DNA of 64,000 nucleotides, taken from assembly GCA_963700145.1 (NCBI GenBank), contig OY969474.1:3648001-3712000 (forward strand), read 5' to 3'. Under the pieces are notes generated by a model that was not told the origin of the DNA, ran no database searches, and was given only the letters and a program-made list of their open reading frames with translations. The position numbers and the translations under genes are program-made. This stretch comes from an uncultured Acidobacteriota bacterium. Lineage in GTDB: Bacteria > Acidobacteriota > Thermoanaerobaculia > Multivoradales > UBA5704. Every line of letters begins with the position of its first letter. Positions within the stretch are counted from its first letter, which is position 1. Below are positions 38,585 through 49,900 of this stretch, in pieces.

Positions 38585-40741
38585 ATGCCGGGCGAAGTTC
38601 CTCAGCACAAACGGTTAGAGCCCGACGCGGCAGCCGGGGTCCTCGACCTGCCGCGCTCCTTCCTCGCCCGCACCACGCCCGATCCCGCCGCCGCCGGGCG
38701 CCTCCGCCGGCTGGCGGAGCCCGGCCCGGCGCTCCTCTGGACGACCGACAACGACCTGCGCTTCACCTCCGGCCCGGCGCCCCGCGACGAGGGGCCGCTG
38801 CCGGGAGGCAGCGTCGTCGACTTCTACGGCGCCGCGGACTGGGAGGCGCCCCCGGTCAAGGCCCACCGCCGCGCCCTGGCCGGCGAGAGCGCCGAGTTCG
38901 AGCACCGCTGGCAGGGGCGGCTCCTCCGCTGCCACGTCGAGCCGCTGCGCGACGCCTTCGGCCGGGTGAGCGGGACGATCGGGGTCGCCTTCGACATGAC
39001 CGAGCGGCGCGCCGCCGAGGAGGAGCTCTACCGCGAGAACGAGCTCGCCGGGGAGACACTGGCCGCGATCGGCGACGGCGTCATCCGCGCCGACCTCGAG
39101 GGGGTCGTCGACTATCTCAACCCGGTGGCCGAGCGCCTGACCGGCTGGTCGTCGATCGAAGCGGTGGGCAGGCCGGTCGGCGAAGTCTTCAGCCTCTTCG
39201 ACGAGGTGACCCGCCGGCCGCTCGCCGGCCCGGTCGAGCGCTGCCTGGCCGAGAACCGGCTGATCGAGTCGCCGCCGCACGCCGTCCTCGTACGCGCCGA
39301 CGGCATGGAGTACTCGGTGCGCGACTCGGCGGCCCCGATCCGCGACCGCGAAGGGCGCCTGGTCGGCGCGGTCCTGGTCTTCAAGGACGTCACCCAGCTG
39401 CGCGGCATGGAGCGCGAGATGGTCTATCTCGCGAGCCACGACGCCCTCACCGGGCTGATCAACCGGCGGGAGTTCGAGGCGCGCTTGAAGCGCGCCCTGC
39501 GCAGCGCCCTCGGCGAGCGCCGCCTCCACGCCATGCTCTACCTGGACCTCGACGAGTTCAAGGTGGTCAACGACACCTGCGGGCATCTCGCCGGCGACGA
39601 GCTGCTCAAGCAGGTCACGGCGCTCTTGCGCTCGCGAGTGCGGCGGATCGACTCGCTGGCGCGCCTCGGCGGCGACGAGTTCGGCGTGCTGCTCGAGGAC
39701 TGCCCGCTCGTCCAGGCGCGCCAGATCGCCGAGGAGCTGCGCGGCACGGTGCGCGAGTTCCGCTTCCGCTGGAAGGACCAGGTGTTCGAGATCGGCGTCT
39801 CGATCGGCCTGGTGCCGATCGACGCCACGAGCGGCGACCTCGCGAGCCTCCTCTCCGCCGCCGACGCGGCCTGCTACGTCGCCAAAGAGGGGGGGCGCAA
39901 CCGGGTCCACGAGTACGAGATGGACGACACGCTGGTGGCCGAGCGCCACGGTGAGATGCAGTGGATCCACCGCATCCACCGCGCCTTCGAGGACCGCCTC
40001 TTCCGTCTCTACTACCAGCCGATCCAGCCCCTAGGCGCGAAAGCTTTCGCGCCGGGCTCCGATCAAGCTGCGGTTGGCGAGCGGGAGACGCTGTGCGAGG
40101 TGCTCATCCGCATGCTCGACGATCGCGGGCGGGTGCTCTCGCCGGCGGCCTTCATCTCGGCCGCCGAGCGCTACCACCTGATCGGGGCCGTGGACCGCTG
40201 GGTGGTGCGGACGGCGCTGCGGGCGCTGGCCGAGGCGCAGCGGCATGACGGCTCGAAGCGCCTGCTCTTCGCCATCAACCTCTCCGGCCAGTCGCTCTCG
40301 GACGAGACCTTCCTCGACTACGTCGTCGGCCAGCTCGTCGAGAGCGGCGTCGACTCGCGCCGCATCTGCTTCGAGATCACCGAGACCGCCGCCGTCAGCA
40401 AGCTCGACGACGCCACCCGCTTCATCAAGGTGCTCAAGGAGATGGGCTGCCGCTTCGTGCTCGACGACTTCGGCAGCGGCCTGTCGTCGTTCGCCTACCT
40501 GCGCGACCTGCCGGTGGACTTCCTGAAGATCGACGGCGAGTTCGTCAAGAACATGGTCGACGACCAGGTCAAGCGGGCGCTGGTCGAGTCGATCAACCAG
40601 ATCGGCCACGTCATCGGCGTGCAGACGATCGCCGAGTGGGTGGAGAACCGCGCCACGCTCGACGTCCTCAAGGAGATCGGCGTCGACTACGTCCAGGGCT
40701 ACTGGATCGCCAAACCCCAGCCCTTAGTGCACGATCTGTAG
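38585..40741 (+). CDS. PAS GGDEF-EAL cyclic-di-GMP enzyme (paralog of the upstream gene)
   Basis: HDALTGLINRR, RRID..GGDEF, EVLIR, DDFGSGLSS, QGY. Confidence 0.93.
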   Translation: MPGEVPQHKRLEPDAAAGVLDLPRSFLARTTPDPAAAGRLRRLAEPGPALLWTTDNDLRFTSGPAPRDEGPLPGGSVVDFYGAADWEAPPVKAHRRALAGESAEFEHRWQGRLLRCHVEPLRDAFGRVSGTIGVAFDMTERRAAEEELYRENELAGETLAAIGDGVIRADLEGVVDYLNPVAERLTGWSSIEAVGRPVGEVFSLFDEVTRRPLAGPVERCLAENRLIESPPHAVLVRADGMEYSVRDSAAPIRDREGRLVGAVLVFKDVTQLRGMEREMVYLASHDALTGLINRREFEARLKRALRSALGERRLHAMLYLDLDEFKVVNDTCGHLAGDELLKQVTALLRSRVRRIDSLARLGGDEFGVLLEDCPLVQARQIAEELRGTVREFRFRWKDQVFEIGVSIGLVPIDATSGDLASLLSAADAACYVAKEGGRNRVHEYEMDDTLVAERHGEMQWIHRIHRAFEDRLFRLYYQPIQPLGAKAFAPGSDQAAVGERETLCEVLIRMLDDRGRVLSPAAFISAAERYHLIGAVDRWVVRTALRALAEAQRHDGSKRLLFAINLSGQSLSDETFLDYVVGQLVESGVDSRRICFEITETAAVSKLDDATRFIKVLKEMGCRFVLDDFGSGLSSFAYLRDLPVDFLKIDGEFVKNMVDDQVKRALVESINQIGHVIGVQTIAEWVENRATLDVLKEIGVDYVQGYWIAKPQPLVHDL

Positions 40742-40744
40742 CCG

Positions 40745-42361
40745 TTACGCCTTGACCGTGCGCGGGCCGGCGGCCCGCACCCCTTCGCTCACACCACCTT
40801 CAAATTTCTCGAAGTTCTCGGCGAAGAGGTCGGCGAGGTGCGCCGCCTTCTCGTCGTAGTCGGCGGGGTCGGCCCAGGTCTCGCGCGGGCGGAGGAGCTT
40901 GTCGGGGACGCCCTCGACGTGCTCGGGGACGGCCAGGCCGAAGATGGGGTCGGTGTAGGTCGCGGCACCGTCCAGCTCGCCGCCGAGCGCGGCGTGCACC
41001 ATGCGGCGGGTGAAGGCGAGCTTGATGCGGCTGCCGACGCCGGTGGGGCCGCCGGTCCAGCCGGTGTTGACCAGCCAGACGCGGCTGTCGTGGCGCTCGA
41101 GCTTCTCGCCGAGCATCTGGGCGTAGACGCCGGGGTGGAGGGGCATGAACGGGGCGCCGAAGCAGGCGCTGAAGGTCACCTTGGGCTCGGTCACGCCGCG
41201 CTCGGTGCCGGCGACCTTGGCGGTGTAGCCGGAGAGGAAGTGGTACATCGCCTGCTCGAAGCTGAGCCGGGCGATCGGCGGCAGGACGCCGAAGGCGTCG
41301 CAGGTCAGGAAGACGACATTCCGGGGATGGCCGGCGCGGCCGTCCAGGTCCACCCGCTCGAGCTGGTCGAGCGGGTAGCTGCCGCGGGTGTTCTCGGTCT
41401 GGCGGTCGTCGTCGAGGTCGAGGCGGCGACTGTCCGGGTCGATCGCCACGTTCTCGAGGATGGTGCCGAAGCGCCGGGTGGTGGCGTAGATCTCCGGCTC
41501 GCCGGTCTCCGAGAGGCGGATCACCTTGGCGTAGCAGCCGCCCTCGAGGTTGAAGATGCCGTCGTCGGTCCAGGCGTGCTCGTCGTCGCCGACGAGCGTG
41601 CGCTCGGGATCGGAGGAGAGGGTGGTCTTGCCGGTGCCGGAGAGGCCGAAGAAGAGGGCGACTTCGTCGGTGTCGGCGCCGTAGTTGGCGCTGCAGTGCA
41701 TGGGGAAGACGCCGCGCTTCGGCAGCAGGTAGTTCATGACACCGAAGATGCTCTTCTTGATCTCGCCGGCGTAGGCGGTGCCGCCGACGAGCACGATGCG
41801 GCGCGCGAAGCTGAGCAGGATGAAGGTTGGGCTGGCGGTGCCGTCGCGGGCGGGCTCGGCCTCGAAGCTGGCGGCGTCGAGGACGGTGAAGCCGGGCTCG
41901 AACGCGGCCAGCACCGCCGGGTCCGATTCGCGCACGAACATGTTGCGCGCGAAGAGGTTGTGCCAGGCCTTCTCGGTCACCACGCGCACGCCGAGCCGGT
42001 GGCGCGGGTCGGCGCCGGCCCAGCCGTCGAAGACGAAGAGGTCGCGGTCGCGCCAGTGCTCGCGCACCCGGTCGAGAAGGGCGTCGAAGCGCTCCGGCTC
42101 GAACGGCCGGTTGACGCTGCCCCACCAGACGTCGGCGGCGGTGCCGGGGTCGCGGACGATGAAGCGGTCGTTCGGTGAGCGCCCGGTGTGCGAGCCGGTC
42201 GAGGCGACGAGCGGCCCGTGCTCGGCGATCAGGGCCTCGCCGCGCTTGACGGCCTGCTCGTAGAGCGCCGCCACCGGCAGGTTCCAGTAGGCCCGGCGCG
42301 CGCCGTCGATGCCGTGCCGCTCCAGGCCGAACGTGCTGATGGATGGTCCCTCGTTGTGCAT
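40745..42361 (-). CDS. pckA: Phosphoenolpyruvate carboxykinase (ATP)
   Basis: [47 protein letters not shown]. Confidence 0.96.
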   Translation of the reverse strand: MHNEGPSISTFGLERHGIDGARRAYWNLPVAALYEQAVKRGEALIAEHGPLVASTGSHTGRSPNDRFIVRDPGTAADVWWGSVNRPFEPERFDALLDRVREHWRDRDLFVFDGWAGADPRHRLGVRVVTEKAWHNLFARNMFVRESDPAVLAAFEPGFTVLDAASFEAEPARDGTASPTFILLSFARRIVLVGGTAYAGEIKKSIFGVMNYLLPKRGVFPMHCSANYGADTDEVALFFGLSGTGKTTLSSDPERTLVGDDEHAWTDDGIFNLEGGCYAKVIRLSETGEPEIYATTRRFGTILENVAIDPDSRRLDLDDDRQTENTRGSYPLDQLERVDLDGRAGHPRNVVFLTCDAFGVLPPIARLSFEQAMYHFLSGYTAKVAGTERGVTEPKVTFSACFGAPFMPLHPGVYAQMLGEKLERHDSRVWLVNTGWTGGPTGVGSRIKLAFTRRMVHAALGGELDGAATYTDPIFGLAVPEHVEGVPDKLLRPRETWADPADYDEKAAHLADLFAENFEKFEGGVSEGVRAAGPRTVKA

Positions 42362-42388
42362 GGCAGGCGGGAATCCTAGCAAACGGGC

Positions 42389-43717
42389 TCAGCGGGCCCG
42401 GGTCAGGTACTCCGCCACCAGCCGCGCCATCGCCTTGATCCCCACCGGCACGGCGGCGTCGTCGGCGCGGAAGTCGGGCGTATGGAGGCCGCCCGAGGTG
42501 GTCCCTGCCGCCAGCGTCCCGAGCCGGAAGTAGAAGCCCGGCACCTCGTTGGCGAAGTAGGCGAAGTCCTCGCCCCCCATGGTCGGCGGCGAGGCGATCA
42601 CGTTGCCCTCGCCCACCGCCCGCGCCAGCACCGGCCGCGCCCAGGCGGCGAGCTCTGGGTCGTTGACCGTCGCCGGCGCGTTCTGCCGGTAGTCCAGCTC
42701 GTAGGCGCCGCCGAAGGCGCGGGCGATGCCGTCGAGGATCTCGCGCATCCGCCGCTCGACGTCGGCCCGCACCCCTTCCTTGTAAGTGCGCACGGTGCCT
42801 TCGAGGTGGACCTCGCCGGGGATGATGTTGAAGCGCTCGCCGCCGCGGATGATGCCGACCGTCACCACACTCGGCTCGAGCGCCGGCAGGGTGCGCGAGC
42901 GGATGGTCTGGAAGGCGGTCACCGCCTGCGCCGCCATGACGATCGGGTCGATTCCGAGGTGCGGGTAGGCGCCGTGCGACTGCTTGCCGCGGACGGTGAT
43001 CAGGAAGTGGTCGACCGCGGCGTAGGTCGGGCCGGAGGTCCAGCCCACCTGGCCGACGCTCGGCTGGCCGGGGACGCCGTCGGCCAGCTCGGGGAAGGAG
43101 TGAAGGGCGAAGATGGCGTCCGGCTTGGGGTCGGCGAGCGCACCCTCGCGCAGCATGCGCAGCGCCCCGGTCATCTCGCCTGGCGGCGGCCCCTCCTCGG
43201 CCGGCTGGAAGAGGAACTTGACGGTGCCGGGGAGGCGGTCGCGCACCGCGGCGAGGGCCGAGGCGACGCCCAGCCCCACCGACGTGTGCACGTCGTGGCC
43301 GCAGGCGTGGGCGATCGGCACCTCCGCGCCCGCCCAGGTGCCGCGCTTGGTCGAGCGGAACGGGAGATCGGTCTGCTCGGCGACCGGCAGGGCGTCCATG
43401 TCGGCGCGCACCGCGACGACCGGGCCGGGCCTGCCGCCGCGCAGGACGGCGACGACCCCGGTGTGGGCGACGCCGGTCTTGACCTCCAGCCCGAGCCCGC
43501 GCAGGTGCTCGGCCACGAGCTTCGCGGTCTCCGTCTCCTGGTAGCCGAGCTCCGGGTTCTGGTGGATGCGGTGGCGGTGCTCGATCGCCTGCGGCGCCAC
43601 GCGGGCGACGGCGGCGTCGATCGCGGCGAGGAGGTCGCCGCCGTCGCCGTCCTGCGCGAGCGCGGGGGCGGCGAGAGCGAGCAGGCAGAGCGAGACGGCG
43701 GCGCGGCGTTGTCTCAT
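42389..43717 (-). CDS. Secreted M20D amidohydrolase
   Basis: Signal from ATG 43717; HQNPELG, RADMDALP, HACGHD, FQPAEEG, GGEDF, LHTP. Confidence 0.92.
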   Translation of the reverse strand: MRQRRAAVSLCLLALAAPALAQDGDGGDLLAAIDAAVARVAPQAIEHRHRIHQNPELGYQETETAKLVAEHLRGLGLEVKTGVAHTGVVAVLRGGRPGPVVAVRADMDALPVAEQTDLPFRSTKRGTWAGAEVPIAHACGHDVHTSVGLGVASALAAVRDRLPGTVKFLFQPAEEGPPPGEMTGALRMLREGALADPKPDAIFALHSFPELADGVPGQPSVGQVGWTSGPTYAAVDHFLITVRGKQSHGAYPHLGIDPIVMAAQAVTAFQTIRSRTLPALEPSVVTVGIIRGGERFNIIPGEVHLEGTVRTYKEGVRADVERRMREILDGIARAFGGAYELDYRQNAPATVNDPELAAWARPVLARAVGEGNVIASPPTMGGEDFAYFANEVPGFYFRLGTLAAGTTSGGLHTPDFRADDAAVPVGIKAMARLVAEYLTRAR

Positions 43718-43775
43718 CCAGGGGCCTCCGGCGGGGTCCGGGGAGTCTATACCCCGGCGGGTAGAATCGCCGGCC

Positions 43776-45401
43776 GTGAACGTCGCGGGTCGCAAGGTGC
43801 TGGTGCTCGGGGGCTACGGCCTCGTCGGCACGGCGGTGTGCAGAGAGCTGCTGACGCGCGGCCCGCGCGAGATTCAGATCCACAGCCTGCGGCCGGAGGA
43901 GTCGGAGACGGCGCGCGGCGAGCTGGCGCGCGAGGCGGGGGAGACCCTCCTCTCCGTCTCCGCCGGCGACATCTTCGGCCTGGCCGGCGAGAGCGACCGC
44001 CGCGCGGCGATTGCCGCGCAGCTCACGCCGCTCGCCGACGGCGACCTCCCGACCTTCCTGATCTACCGGCTCCTGGCGGAATCGCGGCCCGAGATCGTCA
44101 TCGACTGCGTCAACACCGCCACGGGCATCGCCTACCGCGACATCTTCCACCACGCCCAGGCGCTGTCACGCGAGCTGGCGGCGGGGAGAGTCACCGAGGA
44201 CGGCGTCGAGAGCCTCCTCGAGGCGCTCTACATCCCGCGCCTCATCCGCCACATCCAGGTGATGTACCGCGGGATGACCGACGCCGGCACCGAGGTCTAC
44301 GTCAAGGTGGGGACGAGCGGCACCGGCGGCATGGGGCTCAACGTTCCCTACACGCACTCCGAGGAGCGGCCGAGCCGGGTGCTGCTGTCGAAGAGCGCGC
44401 TCGCCGGCGCGCACTCGATGCTGCTCTTCCTGATGGCGCGCACGCCGGGGGCGCCGATCACCAAGGAGATCAAGCCCGCGGCGGCGATCGCCTGGAAGCG
44501 GATCGGCTACGGGCCCATCCGGCGCCGCGGCACGGTCATCCGCCTGGTCGACGCGCGGCCGCACCCGCTGCCGGCGCGCTTTTCGAGCTGCGACCCGCTG
44601 GCGGCGGCGGAGCGCGAGGAGGCGCTCGAGAGCGTCTTCATCGACACCGGCGAGAACGGCCTCTTCAGTCTCGAGGAGTTCTCGACCCTGACCACCGCCG
44701 ACCAGATGGAGTTCGTGACGCCGGAGGAGATCGCCGCCTACCTGGTCTTCGAGATCGAGGGGCGGAACACCGGCCACGACATCATCAACGCCCTCGACAA
44801 CGCCGTCCTCGGGCCGACCTACCGCGCCGGCCTCTTGCGCCACTGGGCGCTCGAGCGGATGGTCGAGCTGGAGCACGAGCACGGCGTCCACAGCGTCGCC
44901 TTCGAGGCGCTGGGGCCGCCGCGGCTGACCAAGCTCCTTTTCGAGGCCCACCTCCTGCGCCTCGCCTTCCCGTCGATGCGGGCGGTGCGCGAGGCCACGC
45001 CCGAGGAGGTACGCGACCGGCTCGACCGGCTGGTGCGGGCGGAGCGGGAGGAGGCCAACCGGGTGGCGGCGGTGGGGATCCCGATCCTCCTCGACTCCGG
45101 CGAGCTGATCCGCGGCCCGAAGGTCATCGTGCCGGGCGACGCGGTGGCGCTCGAGGTCACGCCGGAGCGCCTGGAGGCCTGGGTGAACGACGGCTGGGTG
45201 GACCTGCGCCTCGCCAACTGCGCCATCTGGATCGAGCGCTGCCGGCGGATCCACGCCGAGATCGAGGCGATCCCCGAGGGCGACACCTCCAGCCGCTACG
45301 TCCGCGACCGCCGCTTCTGGAACGAGGACGCCCGCATCCAGCCTGGCAAGCTCGCCGGCTGGCTGCTCTCGGTCGAGGAGGCGACGCTGCGGCTCAAGTG
45401 A
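43776..45401 (+). CDS. NAD(P)-binding Rossmann-fold (SDR-like) protein of unknown substrate
   Basis: VLVLGGYGLVG; DCVNTAT; KVGTSGTGGMG; GTG start chosen to avoid overlap with the M20 gene. Confidence 0.7.
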   Translation: MNVAGRKVLVLGGYGLVGTAVCRELLTRGPREIQIHSLRPEESETARGELAREAGETLLSVSAGDIFGLAGESDRRAAIAAQLTPLADGDLPTFLIYRLLAESRPEIVIDCVNTATGIAYRDIFHHAQALSRELAAGRVTEDGVESLLEALYIPRLIRHIQVMYRGMTDAGTEVYVKVGTSGTGGMGLNVPYTHSEERPSRVLLSKSALAGAHSMLLFLMARTPGAPITKEIKPAAAIAWKRIGYGPIRRRGTVIRLVDARPHPLPARFSSCDPLAAAEREEALESVFIDTGENGLFSLEEFSTLTTADQMEFVTPEEIAAYLVFEIEGRNTGHDIINALDNAVLGPTYRAGLLRHWALERMVELEHEHGVHSVAFEALGPPRLTKLLFEAHLLRLAFPSMRAVREATPEEVRDRLDRLVRAEREEANRVAAVGIPILLDSGELIRGPKVIVPGDAVALEVTPERLEAWVNDGWVDLRLANCAIWIERCRRIHAEIEAIPEGDTSSRYVRDRRFWNEDARIQPGKLAGWLLSVEEATLRLK

Positions 45402-45409
45402 GCGGCCAT

Positions 45410-45438
45410 TTGCCTTTTCGCATGCGTTGAGGTATCCT
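45410..45438 (+). promoter_or_regulatory. Sigma70-type promoter upstream of the cold-shock gene
   Basis: TTGCCT-17 bp-TATCCT. Confidence 0.5.
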
Positions 45439-45648
45439 CTGCCAAATCGCGCGTGCGGTTTACGTGCGAGGTTCCGGCGACAACTGAGAGGCTGGCGTCC
45501 GACGCCGGCCTTTTTTGTTGCCCCGGGACCAAGCGGCGACGGCGGGTGCCGTTCGCCGCTGCAGCAAGGCCCATCGTGAGGGCTCGATCACGAACGACAA
45601 GGGGCCGGGCCGAAAGCTCGGTCCCGCAATTAAGGACCAAGGTGAGTT

Positions 45649-45858
45649 ATGCGTACGACCGGCAGAGTGAAGTGGTTCAACGACACGAAGGGTTTCGGCT
45701 TCATCACCCCCGAGAACGGCCAGAAGGACTGCTTCGTCCATCATTCGGCCATCAAGGCCGAGGGCTTCAAGAGCCTCGCCGAGGGTGACCGCGTGGAGTT
45801 CGACGTCGTCGAGGGCCAGAAGGGCCCCGCGGCCGAGAACGTGGTCAAGCTCGACTGA
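45649..45858 (+). CDS. cspA: Cold-shock protein
   Basis: [34 protein letters not shown]. Confidence 0.95.
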   Translation: MRTTGRVKWFNDTKGFGFITPENGQKDCFVHHSAIKAEGFKSLAEGDRVEFDVVEGQKGPAAENVVKLD

Positions 45859-45886
45859 GCGCCTGCTCGAGAGCACTAGCTCTCGG

Positions 45887-45919
45887 AGGCCGGTCCGCCG
45901 CGAGGCGACCGGCCTTTTT
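45887..45919 (+). terminator. Intrinsic terminator after the cold-shock gene
   Basis: AGGCCGGTC...GACCGGCCT followed by a T tract. Confidence 0.75.
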
Positions 45920-45932
45920 CATTTTCCGGGGC

Positions 45933-46433
45933 TCAGTGCCGCGCCAGCAGGGCGCGGAGGGTGCGGAGGGAGGGCGGGTCGTCGCCGACCGAGTGGATGA
46001 CGCCGGCGCGGTCGATCAGGACGTAGGTCGGGAAGTAGGCGACGCCGTAGCGGCGGGCGGTCTCGCCGGTGTCGACGCAGACCGGGTAGCGGGACGGGCG
46101 CTTCTCGAGGAAGGCCGGGAGCTCGGCGGCCTTGGACTTCGTGTGGACGCCGACCAGGGCGAAGTCCGCCGCCGGCAGCGCCTTGCTCAGGGCGTCGAGC
46201 TCGGGGAGCGCCGCGATGCAGGGGCTGCACCAGACCCCCCAGAAGTCGAGCAGCACGACCTTCCCCCTGAGCTCTGCCAGCGAGACCGGCGCCTCCGGGT
46301 TGTGGCAGCCGCTCACCGAGAGCTCGGGCGCCAGCTCGGGCGCGGCGTCGCCCAGCCCCGGCGCGGCGGTGGCGCCGGCCGCGACGGTGAGGCCGGCCAG
46401 GAGGAGGAGGCCGCTGCGCAGCGCGCGCCGCAC
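45933..46433 (-). CDS. TlpA/ResA-like thioredoxin-fold protein
   Basis: Signal; GKVVLLDFWGVWCSPC; YFPTYVLID. Confidence 0.88.
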   Translation of the reverse strand: MRRALRSGLLLLAGLTVAAGATAAPGLGDAAPELAPELSVSGCHNPEAPVSLAELRGKVVLLDFWGVWCSPCIAALPELDALSKALPAADFALVGVHTKSKAAELPAFLEKRPSRYPVCVDTGETARRYGVAYFPTYVLIDRAGVIHSVGDDPPSLRTLRALLARH

Positions 46434-46436
46434 GCT

Positions 46437-46955
46437 TCAGCTCACGCCGTAGCGCTCGGCCAGGATCGCCAGGTGGTGGCGAACGTGGCCGGCGAGGATC
46501 CAGGCCAGGGCGCGGACCGAGACGTCATGGCCGTTGGCGTTGCCGGTGCGGGTCCAGGTCTCCGCCGGCAGCCGCCGGAAGAGCGCCAGGTTCCCCTCGC
46601 GCAGCAGCGCCAGCTCCTCGGCGAGCGCCGCGAGCGGCGTGCTTCCGAGGTCGGCGGCGGCGACGTAGGCGTTCTCGTCGAAGCCGGGGAGCGGCGTCGC
46701 ATCGCCGTGGGCGATGCAGGAGGCCCGGTAGCCGAAGACGCGCTCGGCGTCGATCAGGTGGCTGAAGAGCTGGCGCACGCTCCACTTCTCCGGCGCGTAG
46801 CGGAAGTCCTCGCGCTCCGGCGGCACGCCGGCGGCGATCCGCCGCAGCTCCGCTGGCTGCTCGGCGAGCACCTCCAGGATCCCTTCTCCCGGCACCCGCG
46901 CCACGTAGCCGGCGTAGAACGGGGCGTACTCGCCGGCTTCCGGCCGGCCGCTCAT
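46437..46955 (-). CDS. DinB family protein
   Basis: ATGA coupling; EYAPFYAGY, YAPEKWS..HLIDAERVF, LPGFDEN, GHVRHH. Confidence 0.88.
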   Translation of the reverse strand: MSGRPEAGEYAPFYAGYVARVPGEGILEVLAEQPAELRRIAAGVPPEREDFRYAPEKWSVRQLFSHLIDAERVFGYRASCIAHGDATPLPGFDENAYVAAADLGSTPLAALAEELALLREGNLALFRRLPAETWTRTGNANGHDVSVRALAWILAGHVRHHLAILAERYGVS

Positions 46956-49900
46956 TGCGAGTCCCCCTCTCCCTCGGGCTGCTTCCAGGGCGCCGGCGGC
47001 GCGGTGAGCCGCTGCGGCGGGCCCTTCGCCAGCTCGGCGAGCAGCACCTCGATCCCCTTCTCGAGGCTGGGGTCGCGCCCCTGCGCCACCAGGTGCGGCG
47101 CGTCGATCACCTCGATGTCGGGCGGCACCCCCTCGTTCTCGACCGCCCACCGACCCTCGGTGTCGATGAAGCGGAAGGCGGGGACGGTGATCGAGCCGCC
47201 GTCGAGGAGGAGCGGGTTGCCGGAGATGCCGATCAGCCCTCCCCAGGTGCGGGTGCCGATGAGCGGCCCGAGCCCGAGCTTGCGGAAGTAGTAGGGGAAG
47301 GCGTCGCCGCCCGAGCCCGCCTGGCCGTTGATCAAGGCCACCTTGGGACCGACGTGGATGTAGCCCGGCGTCGTCGTCGGCACGCCGGAGCGGTTGACCC
47401 AGTAGTTGAGGAGCGGCCGCGCCAGGAGCGCCGCCATGCGGTCCGGGATGAAGCCGCCGCCGTTGTAGCGCGCGTCGAGGATCAGCGCGTCCTTGTGCGC
47501 CTGCGGGTAGAAGTGCTTGAAGAGCTCGCGGTTGCCGGCCACCGCGGTGTCGGGGAGGTGGAGGTAGCCGATCCGGCCGTCTGAGGCGGCGGCGACGCGC
47601 TGCCGCCGCTCCTCGATCCAGGCCAGGTAGCGGAGGCCGAGCTCGGAGCCGACCGGCCGCACCCGCTCGTCGTGCGCCCCCTTGCCGTCGGCGCCGGCGG
47701 CCACGCGCAGCGTCACCACCGCGTCGGCCTTCCCCTCGAGCAGGCGGTAGAAGTTGTCGACGCCGCGGGTCGGCACGCCGTCCACCGCCAGGATGAGGTC
47801 ACCCTCCTTCACCCGCACGCCCGGCTCGGTGAGCGGCGAGCGGAAGTCGTCGTGCCAGTTCTCGCCGTGGTAGATGCGGGCGACGCGGAAGGCGCCGGAG
47901 GGGTCGGACTCGACGTCGGCGCCGAGGAGGCCCCCGGGCACCCGCTCGACGTCGTGCTCCGTCGGCGGCTGCACGTAGGCGTGGCCGGCGTTGAGCTCGG
48001 CGATCAGCTCGCCCAGGACGTAGTCGAGATCGGCGCGCGAGGCGAGGTGGGGGACCAGCTCGCCGTAGCGAGCGCGCATCTCCGGCCAGTCGACGCCGTG
48101 CAGCTCGCGGTCGTAGAACCAGTCGCGCACCAGGCGCCAAGCGTCGTCGAACATCTGCCGCCACTCGGCGCGCGGCTCGACCTTGAGCGTCATCCGATCG
48201 AGCGCCAGCTTGCCGTCGGCCGCCTTCTGCCCGGGCGCGGCACCGACGATCGCGAACTCGTTGCCGCGCTGCTGGACGAGGAGCTTCTTGCCGTCGGCGG
48301 AGAGCTGGAAGGCGTTGACGCCGTCGAGCACGCCCTCCTCCTTCTCGGCCTCGAGGTCGTACATCTTGAGCTGCCCCGCCGGGCCGTCGCCGGTCAGGTA
48401 GAAGACGCCCTTCTCGTTGGCGGCGAGGTTGCGGTAGCTGCCGGGAGCGCCGGGGATGGCGCGCACCCGCGCCTCGAAGCCGTCGAAGTCGATCGCGACC
48501 TTGACCGCCGCCGGCTTGGCGCCGGGGTCCTTCTCCTCGCCCTTCTCCTCGGCGCTGCGCGGCCGGGGCTTCGCGTCGCCCTCCGCCGGAGGCGACTGCG
48601 GCTGGTGCTGGACGTCCGCCACCCGCATGCCGTCGTCCTTTTTCTCCTCCGCTCCCTCCTCGTCGCTCTTGGGGAGGAAGAGGGCGGGGCCGTCCTTCTG
48701 CAGCACCGCGACGTAGATCCGCGTCGGGTCGGTGTAGACGTAGTCGAACTCGTAGCTGCTGAAGGTGAGGTTGTAGTCGCGGTTCGAGAGGAAGTAGAGG
48801 TAGCGCCCCGTGGGGTCCCAGGTGGGCTCGAACTCGGCGGTCGCGTCGGAGGTGAGCTGGCGCGCGCGGCGGTCGGCGAGCGAGTAGACCCAGACCGAGG
48901 GCAGCTGCGTCACCCCGAACTTGGTGTAGGCGAGCCAGCGCGAGTCGGGCGACCAGCGGTAGTCGGTGACGTCGGCGGTCTTGCTGCCGTCGGCCTCGAC
49001 GATCCGCCCGCCGTCCACCTCCACGTAGCGCAGCCGTTGCCGCGTGTCGCCCCAGGCGAGCTTCTTCGAGTCGGGCGACCAGGCGGGCGGGAAGCGCCAG
49101 ACGCCGCCGTCCTGCGTCACCCGCCGCGGCTCGCCGCTGCCGTCGGCGGGCCGCAGGTAGATCTCGTACTCGCCGGTGGCGTCGGAGAGGTAGGCGATCC
49201 AGCGCCCGTCGGGCGACCAGGCGGGGTCCATCTCGCGCACGCCGGGAGTGGCGGTGAGGTTGCGCGGCTCCCCCTCCTTGGCCGGCACGGTGAAGACCTC
49301 GCCGCGGGCGCCGAAGACGGCGCGCTTGCCGGTCGGGGAGATCCCCCACGACTGGACGTCCTCGGCGACCTTGCGGAAGTAGGGGACGGTCTGCGGGAAG
49401 TCGCCGTCCACCCGCACCGGCACCTTGCGGCTCGTGCCCGTCCCTGGCTCGAAGAGGTAGAGCCAGCCGCCGTTCTCGTAGATCAGGCTGTCGGGACCGC
49501 CGCTCGGCCAGAGGACGTCATAGCGGTCGTGGTTGGTGACCTGGCGCGGCGTGCGCTCGGCCTCGCGCCAGGCGTAGAGCTGGAGGCGGTTGGTGCGGTC
49601 GGAGGTGAAGTAGATCGTGTCGCCGACCCACACCGGCTGGTTGTCGGTGCCGGCGAAGTCGGTGATCTGCTCGGCGGTGTTGCGCGCCAGGTCGTAGATC
49701 CAGACGTCCTGCGCGCGGCCGCCGCGATGCCGCTTCCAGGTGCGGAACTCGCGCATGATCGGCGTGAAGACGTACTTCGTGCCGTCCGGCGAGAGGGTGC
49801 CGGTGCCGCCTTCGGGCATCGGCAGCGGCACCTCCATGCCGCCGGCTGCCGGCACCTTGTAGGGGCGCGAGATGCGGTCGTTCCAGGGCGTGCGGTGGGC

